Shown piece after piece: positions 48,419 to 48,556 of a stretch of 48,556 nt of DNA. Source of the DNA: Narcine bancroftii (lineage: Eukaryota); contig NC_091470.1 of NCBI RefSeq assembly GCF_036971445.1, positions 65,720,001-65,768,556 on the forward strand, in the 5' to 3' direction. The translations under genes and the position numbers were made by a program. The stretch's first letter is position 1; each line of letters opens with the position of its first letter. Below the pieces are notes generated by a model. The model did no database searches and was not told where the DNA came from. It worked only from the letters and a program-made list of their open reading frames with translations.

Positions 48419-48556
48419 GTAGATCTCCGAATCTCTCAAAATATTTCAGATAAATGGGGATATCTGAAACAAATCAGAAATTCTCATTTACCCCCATTTT
48501 TTTCAGAGCTGGAGTAACCAGGGATGTCAGGCTGCTGGTGGCAGCGGGGTCCTCAT

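Noticed and set aside
45087-48556. Further upstream ARID4A exon
   Set aside because: No match found by eye to the preceding ARID-domain segment; it probably lies beyond the window.

Overview
Eukaryotic (vertebrate) genomic DNA. The repeat landscape (CR1, Rex1/Babar, RTE, L1, Penelope-like elements, V-type and Deu-type SINEs) suggests a cartilaginous fish, probably a ray; this is an inference. The window holds the 3' part of an ARID4A (RBBP1) gene on the minus strand. I could splice 11 GT-AG coding exons by hand (45086 down to 4494, 2806 nt, about 934 aa, all phases consistent). They cover the end of the ARID domain, an acidic tract, the chromo-barrel, the LxCxE motif and the C-terminal coiled coil ending in ...VAVECR*, followed by a long repeat-free 3'UTR. 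The introns are packed with mostly decayed transposons. The most notable features are: (1) a nearly perfect 74-copy 53-bp minisatellite with blockwise variants, interrupted by a TSD-flanked L1-type 3' end; (2) a 5'-only, TSD-flanked L1-like promoter/ORF1 fragment in sense orientation that could splice in frame to the last four ARID4A exons; (3) a 63-nt in-frame exon missed by the ORF track; (4) a 141-bp local direct duplication bracketing two exons; (5) a CpG-dense 15-bp minisatellite; (6) a full-length decayed pogo transposon. I see no CRISPR or prokaryotic system and cannot demonstrate a new biological system from sequence alone. Transposon family names come from pattern recall, not a database search, and their boundaries are approximate unless TSD/TIR coordinates are given.
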